A DNA stretch of 64,000 nucleotides from Aplysia californica. Its lineage: Eukaryota. Shown here one piece after another: positions 15,101-27,600 of this stretch (position 1 is its first letter; each line of letters starts with the position of its first letter). Location of the stretch: the NCBI RefSeq assembly GCF_000002075.1, contig NW_004797931.1, positions 157,355 to 221,354 on the forward strand. The letters run 5' to 3'. Made by a program: the position numbers and the translations under genes. The notes under the pieces are model-generated. The model was given only the letters and a program-made list of their open reading frames with translations, did no database searches and was not told where the DNA came from.

Positions 15101-15627
15101 CTAGAAAAAGGACATGTCAGCAGCTTTTAAAATTCGAAATCAGCTTAGGATCAATTTTGACCAAATACACTCCTCTTTAAATGAGTGACTCTTCTTTCTT
15201 CTCTCACAAAGCATGAACACAATCTTATATACATGTACTTGGCAGTGCTCAAACATTTCCCAAACCCACAGGTCACAGGTAGCCTAAGTTCAAAACAATG
15301 TCTTCGTAACCCACTAACGCTGATTAATCTATACTGTAAATTATTTCTCCCTTGGGTCCAAACTGAAACACAGCCACACCCAGCGTGAACTGGGACAACA
15401 TACAAACCGAACACACTATCATACCATACATCAACACATGCATTTACCATTCAAATTTCCTATGAGATTATGATGATGTCTTAGGGGTAAGATAAAAATG
15501 AAAACTGTACATGTGTAACGAGTGAGTGAGAGCACGACTTAAGAAACCCCAAAGTGCGTGTCCGTTCTTGATCTGAACTTGGGGGCTCATGACGATATCC
15601 AAGATAGCACTCTCCTCCAGTAACTTT
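12195..15627 (-). other. Probable ~3.4-kb 3'UTR of the SRSF3-like gene, AATAAA at 12215-12220
   Basis: U/G-rich on the minus strand; AATAAA is followed by a GU-rich downstream element (TGTGTTTATTTTCCTGTGTT). The end position is approximate. Confidence 0.55.
13520..14256. mobile_element. Kolobok-like MITE within the predicted SRSF3 3'UTR
   Basis: TTAA|GGGG...CCCCC|TTAA with imperfect TIRs sharing TGGTCA. Confidence 0.65.
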
Positions 15628-15634
15628 TTAACTC
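15628..15634 (-). CDS. SRSF3: SRSF3-like terminal coding exon (G AGT TAA) opening the 3'UTR
   Basis: Strong acceptor CCCCCATTCTCTCTTTCCAG|GAGTTAA completes ...RS* in the correct phase. Confidence 0.75.
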
Positions 15635-18600
15635 CTGGAAAGAGAGAATGGGGGTGTACAAGGTTTTTAAAAAGTGCAACGGAAGACCAATAAATATTTG
15701 TAAAATGTAAACTCATTTTCAAATTCATTAAGTGCTAGGGCAAAAATAGTTTTAGAGGTAATAATGAATTTAATAATAATCGAGAGATCATTTCTAGTGT
15801 CCACTCCCTGGTGACCTTTAGGCACTTGACAATAAAACAAAATTTCAAAAGCTTATACCACGACCCATTCAAGGTACGAGCTGTGACAGGATATCTCAAT
15901 TCTGTACAGTCTACTGCATGAGTGAATCAGGAAACCCAACTGAGCCCCAAGTACTGCACACTATACTTTGAACACAATGTAGCACAGGACAGTATTCTGT
16001 CTATAGTTAGATGCATACATTGCACAAACAATGAAAGCTATATAGTTCTGGAAACGCGCAAAGAATAACTTAGCGTTCATTTAGATTCATGGAGATTCGT
16101 CATGTACCAGTCAATAGCCAGCTATACACTCACAGCTGCCTCAACTGCAGATTGCCACCTCAAAGGCAGGCATGCACTTTTCGAAAAGAAAAAAGGATCA
16201 ACAGACAAGAGAACCTATGCACAGAACAGTTCCATACAATACTGAGCACCCAATAACTTTGCTTCTCTATTACGTACTTAAATATTTGAAAGCCTGCACA
16301 AATGCAAACAAGTTTCCAGCAAATTACATCAGTGACAATTGGGACCATTAATTAGAATTTCTGAAAAGCAATAAGTAACCTGAATGATTGGGGCACTTTT
16401 ATTCATGTGAGTTCAAAAGAAGCGCAGTGACAACATTAAGTCACTTATGCAGTGCTTCCAACAGCTGAAGATGAAAAGTAAGGAACATTTTGTCTGGGGT
16501 CCAGGGACAGCGTCCCGGTGTGGGTTCAGGGAGCGAAACCCCCGAAGAAAATGAAATTCAGTACTTTTAGAGGGTTACAAATGGCATTTGGGAGCCTGTT
16601 TGAAGAGAACACAAACAACCCATAACATCTATTTTTTTCATCTAGATTATTGCTCAAAGTAGAGTAGTAACTTGAATGGCTCAATAGTGTGAGAGTTGTA
16701 AGAAAAACACACCGCCAGCAAAGAAACAAAACAATTTTAACACACCTAGAACTTGATCAACAGAATATACAAAGTTCAGCTATGGTTAAACGAAGCACAT
16801 GGTCACAATAGTGATCATAGTGAAATACAGTGGAAACCATATATAACAGGCCCGGTTAAAAGTTATCGGCAATAACAGGGCCTCACCGGAGCCCAATTGA
16901 TTATAGTAGGGACAAAGGCTCGTTAACAAAGTGTAAAAGGTAAGAGAGAGGGAGAGAAACACACAGTGGGTGATGTGAAAGAGGGCAACGGTGTACTGTA
17001 GACTTCGATCTAGCCTTAAGCCTAGCTACACGCACGCGTAATATGTCATGCGCAGGCCATGGGGAACTACCCATGAATAAATACAGTTGGATTAGTCCAC
17101 AAATGCTTACTTCCCTTGCTTTTCTGATTTAACACGGATCTGATATAACAGGACTTTTTCTCTGGTCCCATCATCCCTGTTATATCAGGTTTCCATTGTA
17201 TTGGCCATTAAATACAGATAACAGGCAAGACAGCCAAACAAATACAAGAGGAATAATAAAGCTTAAAACCCATTAGTGGCACCTTCCACGACTTACAAAT
17301 ACAGCATAGATGTATAGCCAGATCAGAACCAAAAACAGCTAGAACATGTCTCAAGGGATCTGTTAATAGAGTTGTGCTTCCATAAATAGGAAAAAGAAGA
17401 CAAGAACCTGACAAAGACCATATAGAAGGAAAAAAACAAACCCCATAAAACCCTGATAACACCAAACAATTCCTTCATGTTCAGCAGATTTCTTATCAAG
17501 GGAAGTTGTAATGCAAAGAATAAAATGGGGGGGGGGTAACATTTGAAATCCTTTCCAAGTCAAGGTCATTTTGTGCGAAATGCTTTCAAGTGAAACAAAT
17601 TTTACTGTACTTGCTGTTATGCATTCACTCACCTGCTCCTGCTCCTTCTCCTGGGAGAGCCTGAGGCACCTCGACTCCTGGATCGCCGACGGGGAGAGAA
17701 CGACCTGTACAGAAGAAAAGCAACACGATGGATTAAAACAACACTTCTCATAATAACTTTAAATCCCATCTACACAGAAAGAAACACAACATAAATTTCC
17801 AACATCAGGACGTCGGTGGGACAATTCCTAAAGGAACAACTCTGAAACATTGACAGCATTAGCAATATGACATACTACAACATGCATCTAGTGGGAGAAG
17901 CCTGACATGATGAAAGAAACTCAGCAGTGGACAGGAAATTCATGGCTAAAAAATACAATCCCATATATCCTCAGGTCCAAGTTGAGCAAAGAGCCTGTTG
18001 AGGGTTTTTTTTTAAACCCCCTCCTAAGGCAAACTTGTGCCAAATTCAAAGATAAAGTGCAAGAAAATCAAGCAACAGTGAAATCAGAAGCAACATGGTG
18101 GAAAAGAAACCAAAAGAATAAGACAAACTGACATTTTTCTTGCTTGGATCTGGGAATGTATACATGGCAACCTTGAGGGGACCTACAGGCTCAATTTTTT
18201 GGTCACCTCACTGTACATCCATTGTACAAAGTACAGTACCGTTACCAATATCTCGTTGATCATAAGTTCATGCACGCCTTTACAATAAAACACTGTTTGG
18301 GGGGGGGGGAGAGATAATTACACATGGACAACTATTCGAAAACTAAAAACACTGCTTCTTGAGAAATATAAATGTTTTTAACTTGAAAGAAGCACAACAA
18401 CACAGTAACAATCACACAATACCAAGTCACAAACAAATTAAAAAATGCAAAAAGTGTATAGACAAATAAAAAGGAACCCACCAGTGGTACTATCCAGTAA
18501 TCATGAAAGAAAAGTAACCTTTGGATGTCAATAGTATCGACTTGTAATCAATCATCAGCCAAGACGGCAAAAGCAACCAGCTTGAGGACTTTCAGTGGAT

Positions 18601-21600
18601 TTATACATAAAACATTGTACAAAGGGAACAAATACAGATGTTAGAAATAGGCCGCGAAGAAAAATAGCCCCAGCATTCTGACAACAGAAACAGAAAGGCC
18701 AATCTTTAGTCCAGTTAACCATACCGAAAGCCTTCATGTTCTAATTCAAGAAACACAGCAAGAGGAAAAAGACGTAAGCATGGGAAATGGGATGAGACAT
18801 GGTTTGTGGAGAATAAGCTCAACGTCTTGGAACACAATATGATACCAGACATGCTGAAAGAAGTAGTAGAACACTAAAACACTAGAGGGGCTCATCTCTC
18901 ACACACCCACACACAGAAAAGGAGAAGAAGAGAAAAACACATCTTTAATGAAGGTGTTTTTACGTCCCTAGATAATTTAAGAGATGGGCTTCCAACCCAG
19001 GCTGAGAAGGATGCAACATCCTAGTAAAAAAACCTAGAGCATTATTTTATCCACATATTTCTATTGTTAACCCTCTGCGTGCGCATCACGAGCACTGGTC
19101 GTGAAGACTCATACCTCTCTTCCGCGCGCATCGCGACCACCGGTCGTGATCTGACATGAGGGTAGAAACTATACTGCTGACATGAGAATAGCAAATTTTT
19201 TTAACTGCTGGTTACTACAGTCAACCAGTGCAAGGTTTATTAGTGTCGCTGGCCGCGCATTTCGCAGTTGGGGATCGGTTTGGAGTTTTTTATCGGCAAT
19301 TTTCTGGGATATTATTTAGTTTTCAAAATGTCGGATTCGTGAGCTGATTTCCACAGATTTACCCAACATTTTTCTGGAATGGGACGACAGTGATAAAGAG
19401 TTTGGATTAGGTCCTCAAATAAAAGATTTAGATCTACATGTGAATGATGGGGAGGTATTGTGTTGTAGATCTAGCGAGGTTAAGCCCAGAAGGGGACGTC
19501 GATATTCCTGCTGATCTCCAAGCAGGCTGGCCTAAAAACGATGAAGATTTTGATACCAACAACAACATCATAAAAAACTACATCTGACCAAACATAAGGG
19601 TAGTTCATTATTTAAGACACATTTTTCCTTCTTACTGTAATTAGAAATCATAAGAAATAAGAAAGACCCACTTTTATATCACCTTCAATGTTTTTAGTTC
19701 TCCCCCCCCCCCCCCCCCCCAGTACCCTCATATTACAATCACTCATTTTTCCAGCACTCGGAAAACTAATTAAAAAATCTGATAAAAGGGTGTCCCGTTG
19801 AAAGAACAAAGTATTGGGTAACTTCTAATTGAATATGTATACCGATGCAAAATAAATGAAAAGCATAGAAAGTGAGATGAAAAGAGGCTGATATTTGTGA
19901 ATGAACACTGATTTGCATTATAAGTAAAAAAGAAAAAAAATCATTTGAAACCAAACATTCACTTCACAACACCAAAAACAAGAAACAACAAACATTATCA
20001 AGAACACAAGGGAACACACAAGTTACTGTTGCTCTCATCTGCCTGACAGAACAGAATCTTCACACGGCACAATAACCTCCATTATGATTCACCAAGCGAA
20101 AACTTGGCCTTGCCACTTACGTTAGAGATATACCCAACAGTCTCTTAAGTTTGAAAAACTCATTTTCTGGCAAACACCTTTACTTAAGGTCCCAATCATG
20201 CATACTAGACTGAATCCTAAAATACGGAATCAATTTAAAAGACAAAAACCATCTGCGTCTGATCTGCATCCCTTCTCTTCCAACGCCCCAGCATTTGGGC
20301 TATACATTTTACCCGAAGGAAAACAAGGTCAAATTCATTTGTTCATAAGCAGCAATAGCTTAGGATCTTGTTCATCCACTCTTTCTGCTATCTCCACATA
20401 GCCTACACTTCTCTGTCCAGTCTTCAGCTGCAAAATAGCACCCGCTTGTTTCCATACACACGGTAGTTTCCTCATGCCTGACAAAAACTGCCACTTTTCA
20501 TGAAAGACTTACATATCCAATATTCTGCGAGCTGACAAGTTGATTCAAATAATGAATGATACTGATAAAAGTGAAATTCATGTTACGAAATTTTTCCGGC
20601 ATTCCGAAATGAGCAAATTTAGAAAGCAGAAAAGACCTGAATGTGTATCAGGAGACGTGATGAGGATGAGCAAACTATAAAGCCAACATAATAATACCAG
20701 CATACCGTTTTACAACGAAGAAACTGTTGACGGCGGAGGAGTTGGTTGATGATGATGATGAAGATGAAGTGGGTAGGTGGAGGGCAAACGGAGAAAGACT
20801 TCTGCCCTGTAGACGCCCCCATGGCTTCGGCATATGGACTCATCCACATTCAAAACATTCCCTTCTTGTGGCAATAACTACCTATTCCTCCCACCATTAA
20901 TAACAAAACTGTAGGTAACATAAGCACTTGCTGTAAGGATGTGCCTAGATTCATAGCTGCTCATAGTCCAAATTAATGTGCCTGATTTTTCTACTTCAAA
21001 GCAGTTATGTGGGAGAACTTCCCAACATTGACAATTTATCGCTTGACTCACCCCTGCCTACTTCTTACAATAGAACACGTTACTCAGCAAATGGAATTTT
21101 TCAAAAATTATAAAACAAACCAGAAAAAAATATTAACACCCCTCCCCAGCTAGGACGAAGTTTTAGGACCAGTCCATTGCTTTTAACACATGGGGGTGGC
21201 GAGCAGGCAAATGTCCACCCTTAACTATAAGGGTAGGGGCCCCGAAGTGTTGGTTGAGCCTAGCTGCGGGGATGCTGAGCTGGCTGCAGGGGGCTAGCGC
21301 GGAGCGCCGAGGCAGTCCACACTGGCATGGGGAGCCACAACCTTAGTAGCTGAGACGGTAGGGGTAGTGGTAGGTAGAACATGTAGTAGCAGTGGTCTGC
21401 CTCCACGAAGGCCAGGGTAACTTAACAAAGGCCGGCGGAGGTAGAAGCAGAGGCCGCCTCCTTGTGAGGTTGGTTGATTGGTTGGTTGGTTGATTTGATG
21501 TGCTAGTAGCAGTTAAGTGAAGAGGGTGGTGCTAGTAGTAGTGGTGGTGGTGGTGGTTGTTTTGGAGCGGCGAACCCTGCACAAGATGATGACGGAGACC

Positions 21601-24600
21601 CTGCGAGAAGTTACATTCAGAGAAAAGAGCATCAGTCAAACTGGTAACTCCTAGTTGCTACACAATATTTGGCTGTGCACTGCACATTTACCACTTACAG
21701 AGTGAAAACGGTCACTATATCCACACAGAGACCAACATCAAATACACATCTTTAAACATCAAAACAATGAAGGCACAAGAAAATAGAAAAATGTCAAAAA
21801 AACCTATACTTGAACTTGCATCCGAGCACACCTCCTCATCCATCAAAGAGACCGCCAAACGTTCTACCTACAGCAAAGTTATTCTGTCAATAATGACAAG
21901 CAATCACGGTTGTATAGATTACAGCAAAGAAATAGCTCAAACACACAATATCAAATGAGTTAGCGCAGTATCCGATATCTCGCATTCTATCTTTATACAA
22001 ACAAAAAAAATTTTTTTTAAGGATTTGGTTTCCAAATCCGAACACTGTTATATCCCATAACCCCATCAATAGACAGCCACCCTAATAAATATTTTCAAGC
22101 TACCCATTTAAATTTTGATGAAAGCAAAAGAGGGACGACAAAGGTACGACATTCAATTCATATTCTTAAACGGCATGATATAACATAAACACAAACCTGG
22201 ATCTGCGGCCGCTGCCGCTTCTGTAACTGTCCCCATACTGTTTGCTGGTTCCCCGTGGAGGTCCCCTATTGCCCCATCGTGAACGCCCAGATGACATTTC
22301 TATCCGCACTCGTCGACCATTGATTTTGCTGAAAGTACATACAATACACCCCCACTGTATACACAGCTTGCCAATAAATTTAATAACTGTAGGGGATTCC
22401 TCAACAAAGCAATGCACATAACTGTTATAACAGAAGTAAATACAGTGGAGTCTGCTTAAATCAAACATAACCGTAAGAAAACAAAACCCCAATTTTTTCT
22501 TCACTTTATGAGCAATTTCTTAACACCAAAACCACAGCTAAATGGAAGAAAATCCAGCAATCCAGCAGATTTTAGTTTAAGCGAACTCAACAGTTCATTT
22601 TCTAAACTCTTTGTTATAGTAGAGTTTTTATGGCACTCGCAACTGCATAAGGTTATATGAGCACCAAGGGGTGGTTTGTTTTAGTAAGAATTTTACGTCA
22701 CTTGCAACACAATAAGGTCATATAAGTGCCGAAGATTAGGTGTTACAAGAGAGAACAAACACAAAAAGAAGGAGATCAGGACGATAGATGTTCTATACGA
22801 AAGATGGAGCAAACCACACCAGAGCACCCGCGAACTACCCACTAGTGGTGGATGTCAACAGAGAAGTCCTACAGGGAATCAGACTGACTCTGCTCACCTC
22901 TCTAGCTTTAACAGCACAAAGTCTGCTTCCACTATCAAGGCACCCCGGAAATAGCGAGTCACAAGAGTGTGACAAAAACATACAAAAGAAGTAGAGGAAA
23001 ATTGACGATAGTAAGGATGAGGAAAGATAAAGCAGCAGTTCCCTGTTGCAATTTCAGCACAGTATTGAGCATGACATCAATAAATCAGCCCATAAACAAC
23101 TTTACTGTGCAACAGAACATGGAAATGTCCCCCCTTTGGGAATGGCCTAAAGACACTTCAGTCAGGGGTATTAAACTCTGATCTACAGTCAATGAAAGTA
23201 CAGCTTATTGTATGGTTATTTGTTATATGATATTAGTTCATATTCTCTGTATGTTATGTGGTGTACCCCATATTATTTCATGTTATGTTGTACCTGTATC
23301 ATTCATTGTCCCTGTTAATCCGTGTTCACAGATGAAATGATCATCTACCGTTTATAATAAATGAACTACACTGAGAAGTCTTTCTTCATGATGATTTCAT
23401 ATCAACCCTCGGTACGATATCCAATGTGAGAATGATCTCACTAAGGGGCCTTCTTCTCCAGACACAAACAAACCGGTGCCATGCCCTGACTGCGGGAAGA
23501 AATTCAGTGTATTCAAGCAAAGGGAAAACGGCTCCTGGAACACTAGACCCCACACAAAATGCATCAATTGCTGGCGAGCTAGTCGTCACAGAGAAGAGCC
23601 TACATCTCTCAGCTCCTTGTCGACTGAGCCGGCTGTGTCCCAGATTGGTGTGGTGGCTCTGCATCTCGAAGTGATCTCCAAAAGTGACCTCAAAAGGTCT
23701 AAGAGCTCATGCCATTCTCGTGCAGAGCTCTGCATCACAATGGCCGGGCTCAAGAAGAACACAAACCAGCCTGAAGCCCTTGTGAGAGGTATCGTGGACA
23801 GTGGGGCCATGTCAAACCTGTGGGGCCTAAAGAACTTCACTGACAGTGGCTTTTCAAAATCTGACCTTCTGCCTGTGAATATGGACATGAGGGCCGCTAA
23901 TAAAAACCCCATAAACATTGTTGGAGCCTTTAATGCATTAGTTAAGGGTAAATCACCCATTGGTGAAATTATTGCTAGCACATGCTTGGTGTACATATCA
24001 GGCTGTGTGAATGATTTCTTCTTGTCATATGACACTATGCTTGATCTATGCATCATTGATAAATCTTTCCCTACAATTGGTGCATGCATGAACAAATGTT
24101 TTGGGTCCCCACCCAGCAAACAAACCAGAAAAGAAAGAGCATCAACAACATGGTAGGTCAATTAATTCTGGTTGCACTGGTGAGGAACAAAATGAGCACA
24201 ATTGCAAATGCCCTCAGCGAGAGTCCATACCCCAAAGACCCACTTCACTGCATTTTGCTCCTATACCGGAGAACAATGAGAAAATGCGTGATTGGCTGCT
24301 GGAGAGCTACAGTAGGTCCACCTTCAACAAAGGCTCTTGCCTTGCATGACAAGACCCCCTGTAAAAATACATGTTGAAAAGACTGCCAAACCCAAAGCCT
24401 GCCACACGGCAGCACCCATACCCCTTCACTGGCAAGAGCAGGTCCATAAAGACCTGGTGCGGGATGAAGCTTTGGGGGTAATAGAGAAGGTCCCCTTCGG
24501 AGTGCCAGTTACTTGGTGCCACCGCATGGTAGTCACAAGGAAACGCGATGGCAGCCCAAGGAGAACAGTCGATCTCTCACTCCTCAATAAATTCTGCAAA

Positions 24601-27600
24601 CGAGAAACCTTTTCAGCAGAAGCCCCTTTTCCCCTTGCGAGGCGCATCCCTGGTAAGACATGGAAGTCTGTCACTGATGCGTGGAATGGCTACCACAGTG
24701 TGCCACTAAGAGAAGATGACAGACACCTCACTACTTTCATATTTCATAACCCCATTCGGGAGATGGGGGTACACTCACGCACCACAGGGTTTCCTTTCTT
24801 CAGGGGATGGATACAACAGACGTGAGTACGCGAGGTATCGCGAGTCCCTATATGCCTTGGATGGTGTCATCCTCTACAGAGATAGAATTGTCATACCATC
24901 TTCCCTAAGGAAGACCATTACTGAGGGCCTTCACCCTGCTCACCAAGGAGTCTCATCAATGGAGATATGGGCTCAGTCCATTGTGTTCTGGCCAGGAATG
25001 ACTAAGGACATACAGCATGTTCGAGCCAGATGCACGGATTGCAACAAGAATGCACCGTCTCAAGCCCAACTTCCTTCAAACCCTGCCCACCCACCTTCAA
25101 CCCCGTTCGAGAAAGTCTTTGCAGACTTCTTTGACTATGGAGGCTACCACTATCTGGTGATCGGTGACCGTCTGTATGGGTGGCCCGAGGTTTATTCCAC
25201 CCCCACAGGAAGTGCCCATGCTGGAGCAAGAGGCCTTATAGCCTGTCTACGGAAATTCTTCGCCACATTTTGGGTACCAGAGGAGTTGTCATCAGACGGC
25301 GGCCCTGAATTCACTGCCTGCCAGCCAAACAAAAAACTTCCTGTCCACATGAGGTGTACACCATAGGAAATCGTCCGCATACCACCCACAATCCAATGGG
25401 CGTGCTGAGGTAGCTGTCAAATCTGCCAAGCACCTTCTCAGTTCCAACATCAACCCCTCCGGAAGCCTCGACAGCGACAAATTCTTGAAAGCCCTTCTGC
25501 AACTTAGGAACACCCCAGACCCTGATTGCAAGCTTTCACCTGCCGAGATTGTCTTCGGGCATCCGATCAGAGACATGTTCTCTTTTGTGAATAGGCTTGA
25601 AAAGTTCTGTAATAAAGCCATACAGCCCATTTGGAGAACACAGCGGTTATAGAGCGCCCATTTAGTTTCGGCTGGCGCGAGGCAAGCAAGCCCGCGCTTC
25701 CCCAGGTCACGGGGTCATTTACCTGCGCCGCCGGGGATTTCCCTAATCAGCCGAACACCGGCAGCGCTCTTGTATTTTTTGCAAAGTTTACCAGCACAGT
25801 GAGCCAAAGCTAATGTAAGATGAATATTTTAATAAAGACCACGTAAATATTCAACATATTAAGGAAGAAAATGAAGAAATCGGAAGAACATGGTACATTA
25901 CACTTAAAAGCTGTGAAGTTCTCAAAAAGGGGACTTAATTTGATAAATGTGTCATGGGTAATCAATTATAAACATCGATTTAAATATGAATGCCCCCAAC
26001 GAATTCAATCAAATTTGCACACAGGACTGAGAACATAATGAAATTTGTACTGACAAAGGGGCATATGCACGAAGTTTCTGGATCCGTAATTATTCAGGTT
26101 TGAAGTTGATTTTTGCAATACTCTTGCTTTGCGACCTTGTTTTTTCATAGCGATATCCACGATACATGTAACTACAGGACAGATCTTTTCTTGCCGATAC
26201 ACTTATGAAAACACAACCTAAACACAAAATACAAAAAGAACACAATATTGCTGGACTGGAGGAATTATCTCATTTTTCCGCTGTAAGCTTTTGTCTTTTG
26301 ATGGGTGGTGCACACGACAGAGTAGCTCAGAGTGGGTTTGGACGTGTTGTGACTGCATGATTGTTTTGACGTGTTTTTCTTTGTCTGTTAGGCCACGGTT
26401 GCATGAATGAGATCACCCCCTTGCTCACAATGGAAGGCCATTCCAAACCCACATTTTTGTATCCAAGGAACGCAGTGTTTCTCAAGGATGTGTTGTTTGG
26501 GGATGACCTTTTCTTTTGATCGATTTTGATTGAGTAGCACATGTTTTACGGCACTATCGACTCAAGACCTTTTATTTACCAAATATGTTTCTGTATAAAG
26601 ACATATATCGTGTGATGCATGACTGAATATGTGGTATTCTCTCTAAAGTGATTGGCTTTCCATGTGCAATTACTGTGTGGATATCTTTGAAGGTGTCTTT
26701 TACGTGAACAAATTTCTCTCTCAGAACAATTAATGCAGTGTCTATTATGCTTTGATTTCGTGTACATGCAACTGTTCCTTTTGCTAAAAATGATGCTAGC
26801 TGTCTGTACACATGGGCTGTGATGAATTTATGGCAGTGGCTTCCTATAAATGAACGGCTGTTGTAGGCCTGTGGTGTGATGTTGTGTTGTTTGAGGATGT
26901 TATCAAATTCAGAGCAGGCAGGACTTGACCTTGGAATAAGCTCCTCAAACTCTAACTCTGACAGCTGATCATGTACACTAGAACCCTTCCTCTCAAATCT
27001 CTCTGCTTCTCGTGGATTATCCGACAAAATCTGACAGCCCTGTAACAATTGAATGTCCTCCTCGTTTTTTCCCAGCCCTCTTTCATTTTTTGCCATAGAT
27101 ATGCACATTTTGTCCTATTCCAGGCGTGCAATTCTCCATAGATTGATGGACCAGCTGTACATCTATATCATGTGCAGCCTCCTCAAGAAGGCGATGATGT
27201 TTGAGCACAATGCCCACCATATGATCATGTTGAGTGTGGCACTCCATGACAAAAATATTGTTAAAAATGATAACGAAAATCAGATGTAGTAGAGGCAAGA
27301 AAACTAAAAACAGCAAGAATGAATGTTCAGAGTGGTGGGTTGGTATTTTTTAAAAATCACAGAAAATCATAGAATAACTTCGTGCATTTGAAATTTGCAC
27401 ATGTAAATGAAAATTGTCACCACAGTTGATACATGAATTTCTGTTTAAATCGTTGGGGGCCGGATTGAAATATGGGTCATTCCACCCTTATGTGTACAAA
27501 AACGTGACATAGCACATCAAAATTCAAACTCAACTTGCTGCATTCCTATTTAAGGATTGTTTTGTTTAATATTGTAACGATCTTCATAGAAAATCTCAGA

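Noticed and set aside
19071-19800. piggyBac-like left end TTAA|CCCTCTG (also at 59095)
   Set aside because: No matching right TIR or TSD found, so boundaries cannot be supported.
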